From: Macrostomum hystrix
Taxonomy: Eukaryota > Animalia > Platyhelminthes
Length of the DNA: 64,000 nucleotides
Assembly: GCA_950097015.1 (NCBI GenBank)
Contig: CATNEN010000034.1
Span: 2,232,001 to 2,296,000 of the forward strand
Direction: 5' to 3'
The notes below the pieces were generated by a model. It made no database searches and was not told the DNA's origin. It was given only the letters and a program-made list of their open reading frames with translations. Shown piece by piece: positions 51,995-63,990 of this stretch. Numbering within the stretch: the stretch's first letter is position 1; each line of letters begins with the position of its first letter. Both the position numbers and the translations under genes were made by a program.

Positions 51995-52426
51995 TAAAAA
52001 GTAGGGCTGTTTCAAATACACAAATTGTTCCTTTTGTGAACCTCTAAAAATATTCAACCAATCGCTATTTAAATCCAGAGCAAGGGCCAAACTTTTCCGC
52101 TCTATACGAAGAAAAAATTTCCAGAATCACAAAACATCGGCATCGTCGAGATATTCAACGGTTCTCGTCGGATGTCTAGTGATAAAAACAACTATACAGG
52201 CATAAATTTTCAGCTCACAAAATACAGAGCATTGTTAGTTGTCCTTGTCACCAGGGTCTTCGACAAGAATCGCTGACTAGGACGGCTGTGAACATTTCGA
52301 TCTAAATGGTGGATTTTCAGGAAAATCGGACATTCGGTTTTGGGAGCTGTCGTGAAGTAGGCAGTGGGTATTTGAAATACCTCCCGTGGTCTTTCCCCAG
52401 GGGAGCACAGCGTGGTATTCCTACTG
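51995..52426 (+). mobile_element. MITE family M copy
   Basis: One diverged 42-bp unit at ~52045-52087; ends TGGTATTCCTACTG|TTAA (52427-52430). Confidence 0.78.
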
Positions 52427-52498
52427 TTAAGCACATAGTACTGCACAGTAAATTTCTGCTATCAGTAAAACAAATTCAGTGACTGCACTGGCAACAAA

Positions 52499-55208
52499 CT
52501 AAATTCCCGGCCCGACATAACCATCGGCTGCAGCAGCAACTTCTTCCTTGATAGCCATCGCCTGATATTGTAGAGCAACCGATGGCTCATCCAGTGACCG
52601 CGGCGGCAAAGGCGGCGGCGGCGGCGGCGGCGGCGGCTCTATGCTGCCGCTCTTGGCCTGTTCCGAGGCAGCCGCATTCTCTAGCGGCTCTTCGTAGAGG
52701 GAAACTTCTATTCCATTGTCGGCATCGTAAACGTCATTAACGTCCATCTGGTACGTAGGATTGTCTTGCGCTGTCCTTTCCCTGCCATCGCTCATAGAAC
52801 TGGTTGACTTGCGCAATGCACAGCGTAACGAACAGAAGGACGTACGCCAGACTAGCACCAGTGACAAAATAGCTGTCATGATGACGGCAATGGCAATCAC
52901 TGGAGTCCACCACGAGATTTCTGCGTTATCGGAAAGTCGCGATCCGTTCGTGCTATCGAAATCGCTTTGAGAGATGCAGGCGAACCCGCCCCACAGGTTC
53001 TGGCACACCTGTGTCTCATTCAAGCAATGACCACTCCCTGCCTCGCATTCGTTGACGTCTTCCTGACACCGCTGGCCACGAAAACCCGACGGGCAGTGAC
53101 AGATGAAGCCGCCTCGAGTGTTCACGCAGGTTCCGTTGTTTTCACACTTTGAAGAAGCCGCCTCTGCGAACTCATTCGCGCATTCGTCAATGTCCTCGTC
53201 GCATACACGACCGCGCCATCCAGCGCCGCAGAGACAGGTGTAGGTGCCTAACCAGTTCTCGCAGACGCTTCCATTTCCTACGCATGGAGCGTCGATGCAC
53301 TCGTCATAATCGAGCTCACAGGCGTCTCCGTGAAATGCAGCCGGACAGGCGCAGCCGTGGCCCGACTGGCAGGTCCCTCCGTTGCGACACGGCTTGCCTT
53401 TCTGACACGGTACGAGAATGTCGGTGCACTTGGCGCCTACGCAGTGAGTTCGATTTGTGGTCACATAATTACGAGGGTCCAATTACGACCGCCTTTTGTT
53501 TAGTTTCTTGAGACCCAAAATATTTTTGCCGGAATTCTGCTAACGCATTTCTAACTGAACCCTCTTGAAAAACGACTCCAGACAATAACATTAAACTTGC
53601 TCACCTCCGTACATCTGCTGGCATTCGCAGAAGAATCCACCAGGTTGGTTGATACACGTGCCACCATTCTTGCAAGGCTGACTTGAGCAGAACTTCTCAC
53701 GGCAATTTGTTGCTGGGTCATATTCTGTCAATTGCATGACGGGAAGTGTTTTTGGATGCTTTCGAATCAAACCAAATCAATAAAAATAGGATAGTGGCTG
53801 AGAAATAATTTTTTCAGTATGCAACACACACCGGGCTCGCAAAACATGCTCCCGTTTGAGAGGCACACGTAGTGACCATTTCGACTGTCGCTTTTGGGCT
53901 GACAGAACCTGTCACATTCTCTTCCGTAATAGTGGACTTCACATTGGACCGAGATCTGTAGAGATAATCTAAAAGATGCGAAATACAATGAGAATTAATT
54001 ACGTCTCTGAAAAATATCCGTGGTTCCCGGCTCGAGAGTGTGAGTCATGTGCAATCTTGCGGCAGGGATCTATGAAACTGGGTTATTTACCATTATTAGC
54101 TGTGTCATAGAGCCTAGCTGACTATTCGACACCACATTTTTTGTATTAGTGCCTAAAAAATCCGAAATCATCTTGTAACCTCGAGTACTCGCTCCGACCG
54201 AGGACAAAAAAATGTGTCGCTGTCGCAAGCGATATTGCCCGTACCTTGAGCTATGTACATGCAAGGCTAATGCACAACACTTACTTAGAGGCTGCCATGC
54301 CATCGTCTACAAGCAGAAAGTCGCGAGGTTCGCTTGAATCTCCAAATGGCCGAGCAGGTGCAGAATAGGTGTGGCGGAATGCCCCAATGAAATCGTGAGG
54401 GCCCCAAGGGTCAAAGTCGTCAACGCGCACAACTAATGATACGATGCCCTGAAAGCAAGCGCTATTTAGTCAGCTCTCCGTTTTTTAAGTACTATTGATA
54501 CTATTTTTCTAGAAGTATTATCTTTTATCTATCTACTATTTGGTGATACTAGACCCGCAGCCAGCGAGGCATTTCTGCCCATTTCGCTGACTCCTGACAC
54601 GCACACAGATACCGTACGCAGGCACACTCTCCCACAGGTGTGTACATCTGCCCTGACTTTCTCATCGTCTGGCAGTGTACATTTCATGGTGCCTTCAAGG
54701 TTGGCCCTCAAGGGCGCATATTGCACGACAAGCCCCCAAGCCTTCTCTCCGCGGCTGCGCCCGAAATAATTGTGGCCTTGCCGTGGAATCGAACTTAGGG
54801 ACCTTGATGCGAGAGGCAAACTTGTTAACCGCTGTGCCACTCACCCCCTTGCTATCCAGCTTACCTTGTAGTTCTTAGCTCGGATGACAATCGGATTGTC
54901 AATGTCGATGATTCTGTTGTAGAACCACATGGTGTTTTTTTCAGAAGCTCGCAATGTCTTTGCGTGGAAATGTTCCCTAAAAATGGTTGGAGGCTCAGCA
55001 CATTATTGAAAATTAACATTTTTATCAGAGCTGTGAAACAAACATACCCGCCAGCAGCGATGTCTATGGTAAAGTACGGGTCGCAGTGTCTTTGTTTAGC
55101 AAAATATCTCGGGTCGCATGAGTGTCCATTGTACTGCAGCCCATTGTGATTAATGTAGTACACAAATTTAACTTTCACCACAGCATAACAGTCTGCACTT
55201 TTGACGAT
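52499..55208 (-). CDS. DSL Notch-ligand-like protein B: C2/MNNL - DSL - 4 EGF + 1 truncated EGF - TM - tail; first exon not resolved
   Basis: Exons 55048-55208, 54865-54976, 54285-54448, 53832-53968 (CEVHYYGRECDRFCQP...GHYVC), 53605-53724 and 52499-53436. Exon sizes (161, 112 and 120 nt) and phases match paralog A. Confidence 0.85.
54520..54848 (-). mobile_element. SINE family A
   Basis: Reverse-complement family match inside a DSL-B intron. Confidence 0.88.
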
Positions 55209-55689
55209 CTACAAGTACATGTGTTTAATACATCATTGCTTCGGAAGATTCTACGTCGTAGTAGCGCATACTTCATTACAATTAATCTGATTTACTTACC
55301 CAAAAACACAGAAGCACCAAACTCGTTAGAAAGCCGTGTTGGCAAGACATTTCCCTTCAGAATTGTTTTAGCTCAAGAATTATCACAATTATCACTCTCT
55401 CCTTCAGGTGTGAAAATGCTCCATGCTTTATACTAATTAGAATAGCGCGTTAGTACACCAATATAGTCGAAACTCACCTGATGTTTAGTCACACGCAAAT
55501 TACTTCATTTGGTTTCAGCTTTCCATAGTCTAAAAATGTAGCTCTTGCTGATTCATGTGTCTAAAATATGTAATTACTCAATTTTGTTTTCGATACCTTA
55601 ACAGCAGCTCTGGGAAAGGTAAGCCTTGTAAATACTGTAGTTGCTAGCAGGTAAATGCGAGCAAGTGGTCGATAAAAATAGACAAAATA

Positions 55690-56061
55690 GACTGACTGAC
55701 TGACTGACTGACTGACTGGCTGACTGACTGACTGACTGACTGACTGACTGACTGACTGACTGACTGACTGACTGACTGACTGACTGACTGACTGACTGAC
55801 TGACTGACTGACTGACTGACTGACTGACTGACTGACTGACTGACTGACTGACTGACTGACTGACTGACTGACTGACTGACTGACTGACTGACTGACTGAC
55901 TGACTGACTGACTGACTGACTAACTGGCTGACTGACTGACTGACTGACTGACTGAAAAGGACTGACTGACTGACTGACTGACTGAAAAGGACTGACTGAC
56001 TGACTGACTGAAAAGGACTGACTGACTGAAAAGGACTGACTGACTGACTGACTGACTGACT
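55690..56061. repeat. (ACTG)n microsatellite with AAAAGG interruptions
   Basis: Read directly from the sequence. Confidence 0.97.
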
Positions 56062-56291
56062 GAAAAGGATATTTCAGTCAGTATTTCTTTGGGTTTTCTC
56101 GTGAGAAGCAATTAACTATTGCACATTTTCATTGTTATTTTAATCTGCAAGGTTAGCGTTTAATGAAAAAATCTTTTTCCTCAGATGAGCGCAGACAAAA
56201 TCTAGAACTGAATATAAAATCTCGAATCACTGCTTTGAACAAGTTTATTTTAGGATTTTTTATTGAATTATAGCGGCCGGTAGCTCAGTTT

Positions 56292-59200
56292 TCATTGTCG
56301 AGTAAGTCGAAAAATTTCTTGTGCCAGCGGTGGCGCTAGCGGCCAAGTCTCGAGCGATCCAGCGCATCTCCGTCGAACGCTGCCGTCTGCCTGGATCACC
56401 AGCAGGCAAACTCGTTGATGCTTCTCGCAGGTCATCAGGTTGTTCAAGAAGTTGTTCTCGAGCTCCGCTGTCGCCTCGTCCAGCAGCAGCACTAGCGGAC
56501 CCGGCGCCGAGCGGGCCTCGCTGGGCACGAATGAGCGCGCTAGCCTCAGCAGACGGAGTCCTGCCGACCCGGACTGAACCAGGCGCGGCAGCAGCGCACG
56601 GAGGGCGGGTCCGGACACCAGGAGGCTGCCGTCAAGGGCGCATGCTTCTCTGCAGACTGCTTCTCGAACGGGGCTGTAGGCCACCGCTTCAGAGTCGGAA
56701 GTTGAGGATGGCCGCCTAACACGACGGCGACCGCATCCGACAGCTTCAGGAGAGTGAGATTAGATATACAGTTGAGACAGTGAGATTAGATATCCAGATT
56801 AGACAGTGAGATTAGATATCCAGATGAGACAGTGAGATTAGATATCCAGATGAGACAGTGGGATTAGATATCCAGATGAGACAGTGAGATTAGATATCCA
56901 GATGAGACAGTGAGATTAGATATCTAGATGAGACAGTGAGATTAGATATCCAGATGAGACAGTGAGATTAGATATCCAGACGAGACAGTGGGATTAGATA
57001 TCCAGATGAGACAGTGAGATTAGATATCCAGATGAGACAGTGTAATTAGATATCCAGATGAGACAGTGAGATTAGATATCCAGATGAGACAGTGAGATTA
57101 GATATCCAGATGAGACAGTGAGATTAGATATCCAGATGAGACAGTGAGATTAGATATCCAGATGAGACAGTGAAATTAGATATCCAGATGAGACAGTGAG
57201 ATTAGATATCCAGATGAGACAGTGTAATTAGATATCCAGATGAGAAAGTGAGATTAGATATCCAGATGAGACAGTGAGATTAGATATCCAGATGAGACAG
57301 TGAGATTAGATATCCAGATGAGACAGTGAGATTAGATATCCAGATGAGACAGTGAGATTAGATATCCAGATGAGACAGTGAGATTAGATATCCAGATGAG
57401 ACAGTGAGATTAGATATCTAGATGAGACAGTGAGATTAGACATCTAGATGAGACAGTGAGATTAGACATCTAGATGAGACAGTGAGATTAGACATCTAGA
57501 TGAGACAGTGAGATTAGACATCTAGATGAGACAGTGAGATTAGACATCCAGATGAGACAGTGAGATTAGACATCTAGATGAGACAGTGAGATTAGACATC
57601 TAGATGAGACAGTGAGATTAGACATCTAGATGAGACAGTGAGATTAGACATCTAGATGAGACAGTGAGATTAGACATCTAGATGAGACAGTGAGATTAGA
57701 CATCCAGATGAGACAGTGAGATTAGACATCTAGATGAGACAGTGAGATTAGACATCTAGATGAGACAGTGAGATTAGACATCTAGATGAGACAGTGAGAT
57801 TAGACATCTAGATGAGACAGTGAGATTATACTGTGAGATTATATGGCGAGATGGACACTTAAAGACACCTCAATTTCATGACGCACTCATCTAAGAAGCC
57901 TCAAAAACAGCACTTGATTCTCACCAAGAACTCCTAGGAAGCAGACAATGCAGAAACCTGCGCCCATTGCGAAGACCGTCAGCGTGCGGCTGCTCGGGTC
58001 CCGGCCGCTCCCGCCGTCCCGCGCTCCCGATACAGGAAGGGGCACCGCCGGCTTGTCCACTAGGTCGGCTAAGGAGGTTTTCGAAGAGGAAAGAACTATG
58101 CATTTGAATCAGTTGAATTACTGATCAGATTGAACTCATAACAGTAAATTCGTCCTGCTTACCTGATACCTTCCACCAGACATACCGCCTTCGTAGGTAT
58201 TTCACTGGAAATACGAACTAAGGAGGGAAAAATATTTTTTGGTAGGTTGGTGGGTGGCATATCTAACAAAAATTGTTTTTTCACAGACCTCAAAACTGGT
58301 TTGCAGAGCTCTTGCAAGCTCCTCTGCGCTGCCGCCTCCGTTGAAGACTGACTCGACAAGGCTGAAGCGGCACCAACTGCTGCCGCAGACTGGTCCAACC
58401 TGTGGGTCACGGAAGCAGAGTGACTGGAGAACCCATCTAGCAAACACTGCCACTGTACTGTGGCGGCCAAGCCCGCACGGAGCGCCCTCTGCGGTGCAGT
58501 TGCACTCAAACCCGGGCCGCCTAGCCGAGGGGTGGGTGCACCGCGCTAAGCCGGGGGGTGTTTTGACTCCCGCCACGCTCTCGCACCTCCCCACGCTCAA
58601 TACGCTCCTATATAAAGAACTTTTGATAATAAATTAGTGTAGGCATGTTTCTCGCCGCATTTCATTTTGCGAGACGCTAAAGTACCCATAATATTAATCA
58701 TATTTGCAAGAGGGCTGCGGGAAATGACACGTCATTTGGTGACACTAGACCCACAGCAATCGAGGTGGCAATTATTTCACATGACTCCTGAGCACATACG
58801 CACACTCACACAGGTGTGTACATCTGCCCTGACTTTGTCATCGTCAGGCAGTGTTCACTCCCAATGTATTTTGTATGTTATCACCTCACAGGTGTAAATT
58901 TTATGACAAGCCGCCAAGCCTTCTCTCCACGGCTTGGCTTGGCCAAAATGAATGTGGCCTCACCGCGGAATCGAGCTCAGGGACCTTGGAGCGAGAGGCA
59001 AACGCGTTTGACCGTAAGACCTGCCACTCACCACCTCTCTCTGCTCATAGTATTGGGGATTTCAACTCACAGTGGCCGTGTTGTTCCCAAGCTTCGTCTC
59101 AACACGAAGCTGAGCTCTGGTTGTATCGTCTCCAGGGTCAGTGACAAAGGCCACAAGGTCTGTGAGCTGGAGTGCACTAGAATTGGCCCTTGAATTAGCT

Positions 59201-60850
59201 GCTCTGCTAAGCGTCAGCTTGTAGCCGATCCAAGGCGTCCAGCGTCTTTCATCGGCCAATCGGATCTGTCAATTATAAAAAAGAATATTCTTAATCTGCT
59301 ATCCATTTTCAAAGTGAGACAGTGAGCACTTTCACTCAACCATTTGGCCACTCTCACACCAATAACAGTGGAATGACCACATTTTCCGTATCTCCTAAAA
59401 TATTCAACCAATCGGCATGAAAATCCTGAACACGGCCGAAAATTTTCCGCTCTTTTCGACGAAACAACTTCCGGAATCACTAAAAACATCGGAATCGTTG
59501 AGATATTCAACGATTCTCGTCGGATGTTTGCGGCTAAACCACGAAAATTGACATAATTTTACTGCTCACAAAGGTGGCAGATTAGGTAAGTACATTTTGG
59601 GTATTAAATATTTATTATGTTAATTTTTTCTGAAAGTTATTTAATCGGAAAATTTTGATACATATGGTGGACATTCACGAAAATTATTAGTTTAAGTATT
59701 TCGTCTTACACCAAGCGAAGCAGCGATTTCCGCACTGGGCATCCATCCAGTACATGGTGATTCTCGACCCGGCGGTCACTCGAATGTAGATCGCGCTCGA
59801 TAGCATCACGAGCTTCGGTAGAGGAACCGCCAGATGCAGTATAAGGCTCGTCAGGTTGGCGCCTCTACGGCCAGGCAGGAGCTCATACTGAGCACCCTTC
59901 AGCGACCTGCCGGAGCTTGAGAACACCGAAACTATCAATGGCAGCGGCAGCGGCGAGTCCACAGGTGCAAACAGGTGTAGCGTGTAGGCATTGTGGGGCT
60001 CCGGACAAATCAGATACTCGGGCAGGCCAGCAGCGTCAGCTGGACCGTGGAATTCAAACTGGTCCAATCGCTGCTGTGTCTGTCGGAGGGTGCGGCTTTG
60101 ATTCGTGAGTCGAGCGGCGCATCCAAAGGATGAGTACAGCTGTTCGGTCCACGGACTGGTGGGCCGCCAAACCAACCCGAATTTCCATCCCAGCTAATGC
60201 TGGCACCCATTTTACAACCGAGTGAACTAAACTTAATAGGGAATCCAGTGTCTAGCTCAGCAATACAAACTGTTTGCTGTGAGCACAGATTTGAACTCTC
60301 GACCTCTTAGTTAGGAGTCAAACTTGTCACAATCAAGAGCCAATAATATTTTTTATCTGCAGGAGGGCTGCGGGCAATGGCACATTATTTGGTGACACTA
60401 GACCCTTAGCCAGCGAATAGTCAATTCTTCATATTTTCGCTGACTCCTGAGCACACACTCACGCAGGTGTGTACATCTGCCGTGAATTTCTCATCGTCAG
60501 GAAGTGTACACTCTCACTGTACCTTGGAGGGTGGCCTTCTGACGTAAATTGCTCGTCAAGCCACCAAGCCTTCTCTATGCGGCTGCGCCCCAAATAAATG
60601 TGGCCTCGCCGCGGAATCGAGCTCAGAGACCTTGGTGCGAAAGTCAAACGCGTTAGACCTCTCTGCCAGTCAGCCCCATTTAAGAGCCAAGACTTCTGCA
60701 GCAATTAAAGCCGAGTTTCCAGTCCCTCTGACTTACCACCGGTGCGTAATTCGCAGCTCTGCAGCTAGAGGGTTCCGGGTGATGCAACCTCAACAGGTGA
60801 GCTGCACAGGCCGTGAGGCACAGAAGCAGACAGGTGGCTCTAGGTAGCAT
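56292..60850 (-). CDS. Orphan single-pass type-I membrane protein (~530 aa, 7 exons): signal peptide, Cys-containing ectodomain, TM, alpha/beta cytoplasmic domain
   Basis: Phase-consistent model: 60737-60850, 59710-60058, 59071-59206, 58289-58607, 58163-58217, 57925-58095 and 56292-56743. Signal peptide MLPRATCLLLCLTACAA; TM TLTVFAMGAGFCIVCFLGVLAVGC followed by GRRRVRR. The exon 2 and exon 3 acceptors are the least certain. Confidence 0.6.
56754..57830. repeat. 26-bp minisatellite (~41 copies) filling an intron
   Basis: Unit GAGACAGTGAGATTAGATATCCAGAT; the ACATCT variant dominates the right-hand block. Confidence 0.97.
58690..59033 (-). mobile_element. SINE family A
   Basis: Reverse-complement family match. 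Confidence 0.85.
59366..59684 (+). mobile_element. MITE family M copy, truncated on the right
   Basis: ATAA|CAGTGGAA start and one near-perfect 42-bp unit (CCTAAAATATTCAACCAATCGGCATGAAAATCCTGAACACGGCC). Confidence 0.75.
60100..60325 (-). mobile_element. SINE family B, degenerate
   Basis: CCCAGCTAATGCTGGCACCCATTT and downstream body similar to 24876-25190. Confidence 0.65.
60345..60676 (-). mobile_element. SINE family A
   Basis: Reverse-complement family match from TGCAGGAGGGCTGCGGGC to CTCTGCCAG. Confidence 0.85.
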
Positions 60851-60920
60851 TTCAGAGACAGGTCGAAACTGATGAAAAAACTGAAAGGCAAAAGCACGCT
60901 TCACTTGATGGCGCTCAACT

Positions 60921-60958
60921 TATTTATACCGATCCATGGCGCCCGCAATCTGGCCAAT
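60921..60958 (-). promoter_or_regulatory. Candidate core promoter (TATA plus CCAAT box) of the orphan membrane protein gene
   Basis: TATAAATA on the minus strand at 60921-60928, ~70 nt upstream of the ATG, and a CCAAT box at 60954-60958. Confidence 0.45.
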
Positions 60959-61358
60959 GAGAATGCAGCTATTTTCGTTGAGTACCTTCCACTGAGCAGC
61001 TCAGATAAGCAATTAGGCGAGTCGCTATCCGGATTTACCCAGAGTTCTTCCAGCAGCCAAGGCCGCAGCCCTGATAAGAGAGGAGCAGCTCAAAGGAAAA
61101 CTCGCTAGACGAGATATGCTATTTTATTGCCAGATAAGATTATTCAGATTCCATGGCAGCTTCCGCAATGGGCAGTTATAAAACAGGTTTTTAAAAAGGC
61201 TTTGCTGTCATCCTCATAAAAGAATCAAAAAGAACTCGATTTTTTCGTTTTATTGCGTCGGGAAAAGCTTCTATACCATAACAACTTGTTTATGCAACTG
61301 AAAAATCTTGGTGGCCGTCCACACATGTTACACACGAGAGATCGGATGATAATGATGA

Positions 61359-61474
61359 TAGTTAGTTAGTTAGTTAGTTATTTAGTTAGTTAGTTACTTA
61401 GTTAGTTAGCTAGTTAGTTAGTTAGTTAGTTAGCTAGTTAGTTAGTTAGCTAGTTAGTTAGTTAGTTAGTTAGC

Positions 61475-61525
<51 letters not shown>

Positions 61526-61526
61526 C

Positions 61527-61561
<35 letters not shown>

Positions 61562-61710
61562 CTAGTTAGTTAGCTAGTTAGTTAGCTAGTTAGTTAGTTA
61601 GTTAGTTAGTTAGCTAGTTAGTTAGTTAGCTAGTTAGTTAGTTAGTTAGTTAGCTAGTTAGTTAGTTAGTTAGTTAGTTAGTGAGTTAGTTAGTTAGTTA
61701 GTTAGTTAGC

Positions 61711-61745
<35 letters not shown>

Positions 61746-61758
61746 CTAGTTAGTTAGC

Positions 61759-61822
<64 letters not shown>

Positions 61823-61850
61823 GAGTTAGTTAGTTAGTTAGTTAGTTAGC

Positions 61851-61882
<32 letters not shown>

Positions 61883-61910
61883 GAGTTAGTTAGTTAGTTA
61901 GTTAGTTAGC

Positions 61911-61969
<59 letters not shown>

Positions 61970-61970
61970 C

Positions 61971-62009
<39 letters not shown>

Positions 62010-62022
62010 CTAGTTAGTTAGC

Positions 62023-62074
<52 letters not shown>

Positions 62075-62102
62075 GAGTTAGTTAGTTAGTTAGTTAGTTA
62101 GC

Positions 62103-62161
<59 letters not shown>

Positions 62162-62162
62162 C

Positions 62163-62201
<39 letters not shown>

Positions 62202-62214
62202 CTAGTTAGTTAGC

Positions 62215-62249
<35 letters not shown>

Positions 62250-62250
62250 C

Positions 62251-62281
<31 letters not shown>

Positions 62282-62282
62282 C

Positions 62283-62321
<39 letters not shown>

Positions 62322-62334
62322 CTAGTTAGTTAGC

Positions 62335-62390
<56 letters not shown>

Positions 62391-62422
62391 GAGTTAGTTA
62401 GTTAGTTAGTTAGTTAGTTAGC

Positions 62423-62473
<51 letters not shown>

Positions 62474-62474
62474 C

Positions 62475-62513
<39 letters not shown>

Positions 62514-62514
62514 C

Positions 62515-62592
<78 letters not shown>

Positions 62593-62620
62593 GTTTGTTT
62601 GTTTGTTTGTTTGTTTGTTT
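61359..62620. repeat. (TTAG)n microsatellite, ~1.2 kb, with CTAG/TGAG variants, ending in (TTTG)n
   Basis: Read directly from the sequence. Confidence 0.98.
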
Positions 62621-63158
62621 CGAAGTTCGTTTTTTTTTATTTAAATTCAGCTTCAGTGAAGGAAAGAAAAGAAATGAATACAAAGAGTCGAACGGGCAGA
62701 AGAAAGTTTCATTTGCAATCTGGTCGTCAAATTCTGTCGGCCATCGTACGCAATGATTTTCAGAAACGGCCTGCAACACGCAAACCGAATAGATAGGGAT
62801 TATTTTTGGAACGCAAAATAGGATAAACAAGTTGAAACGGGGGGATAGAAGGTCTTGCCTACACGATGGTCCACTGATGCGCAGTAAGTGCTGGGCAACC
62901 AGAATCCGTTGGACCGGATCGGGCAGAGAGATAGAACGGCTGCGTACATCTGCGCACAGTTTCGACCCGAATGGGAAGCAACAGTCCTGTGCCGCGGCGC
63001 GTTGAAAGCGTTAAAGCTTTTAGTTTTCGTGGGGCGGAGCGAATTGCTGCCGAATCTTCTTGGACTTCTCTTTTATTCGGCCCAAAAGAATCTGACTTGA
63101 AGGAGCGAATCCGAATTCCGATTCCGAGGCAGTGGCAGCAATTCAACAGAATTCGGCA

Positions 63159-63224
63159 ATGTCTGAAACCGCCGGCCAACTCGACATTGACAAATGCGCG
63201 GATGAGGAGGCGCTGTCAAAACTG
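63159..63224 (+). CDS. Probable first coding exon of a smoothelin-domain protein (partial)
   Basis: ATG...MSETAGQLDIDKCADEEALSKL|gtgagt with a strong phase-0 donor. It resembles the smoothelin N-terminal motif (LDEGALRKLL), but only 22 aa are visible. Confidence 0.4.
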
Positions 63225-63235
63225 GTGAGTAAGAC

Positions 63236-63990
63236 TGTGAATCTGTGAACCTGTGAATCTGTGAATCTGTGAACCTGCAAATCTGTGAATCTGTGAATCT
63301 GTGAATCTGTGAATCTGTGAATCTGTGAATCTGTGAACCTGCAAATCTGTGAATCTGTGAATCTGTGAATCTGTGAATCTGTGAATCTGTGAATCTGTGA
63401 ACCTGCAAATCTGTGAACCTGTGAATCTGTGAACCTGTGAATCTGTGAATCTGTGAATCTGTGAACCTGCAAATCTGTGAACCTGCAAATCTGTGAATCT
63501 GTGAATCTGTGAATCTGTGAACCTGCAAATCTGTGAATCTGTGAATCTGTGAACCTGCAAATCTATGAATCTGTGAATCTGTGAATCTGTGAATCTGTGA
63601 ATCTGTGAACCTGTGAATCTGTGAATCTGTGAATCTGTGAACCTGCAAATCTGTGAATCTGTGAATCTGTGAACCTGCAAATCTATGAATCTGTGAATCT
63701 GTGAACCTGTGAATCTGTGAATCTGTGAATCTGTGAACCTGTGAATCTGTGAATCTGTGAGTCTGTGAACCTGTGAATCTGTGAATCTGTGAACCTGCAA
63801 ATCTATGAATCTGTGAATCTGTGAACCTGTGAATCTGTGAATCTGTGAATCTGTGAACCTGTGAATCTGTGAATCTGTGAGTCTGTGAACCTGTGAATCT
63901 GTGAATCTGTGAGTATGTGAATCTGTGAATCTGTGAATCTGTGAATCTGTGAATCTGTGAATCTGTGAATCTGTGAACCTGTGAATATGT
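63236..63990. repeat. 8-bp minisatellite (TCTGTGAA)n with CCTGTGAA/CCTGCAAA variants
   Basis: Read directly; it starts 12 nt after the donor at 63225. Confidence 0.97.

Noticed and set aside
56470-56500. LVLLLDE as a Walker B motif of an ATPase
   Set aside because: There is no Walker A motif upstream, and the segment is too short for a P-loop domain.
59062-59265. Alternative exon 3 of the orphan receptor using the acceptor at 59266 (IRLADERRW...)
   Set aside because: Its phase-0 boundaries do not fit the phase-1 donor at 59709 or the phase-2 acceptor at 58608; the 59071-59206 exon in another frame fits both.
60872-61108. 78-aa plus-strand ORF
   Set aside because: It overlaps the TATA/CCAAT promoter of the minus-strand gene and has no recognisable motif.
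61359-62590. (TTAG)n as an interstitial telomere
   Set aside because: It is not TTAGGG or TTAGG, has no G-tract and is flanked by genes on both sides; it is an ordinary tetranucleotide microsatellite.
63073-63800. (QIHRFTDS)n ORFs on the minus strand
   Set aside because: These are translations of the 8-bp minisatellite.
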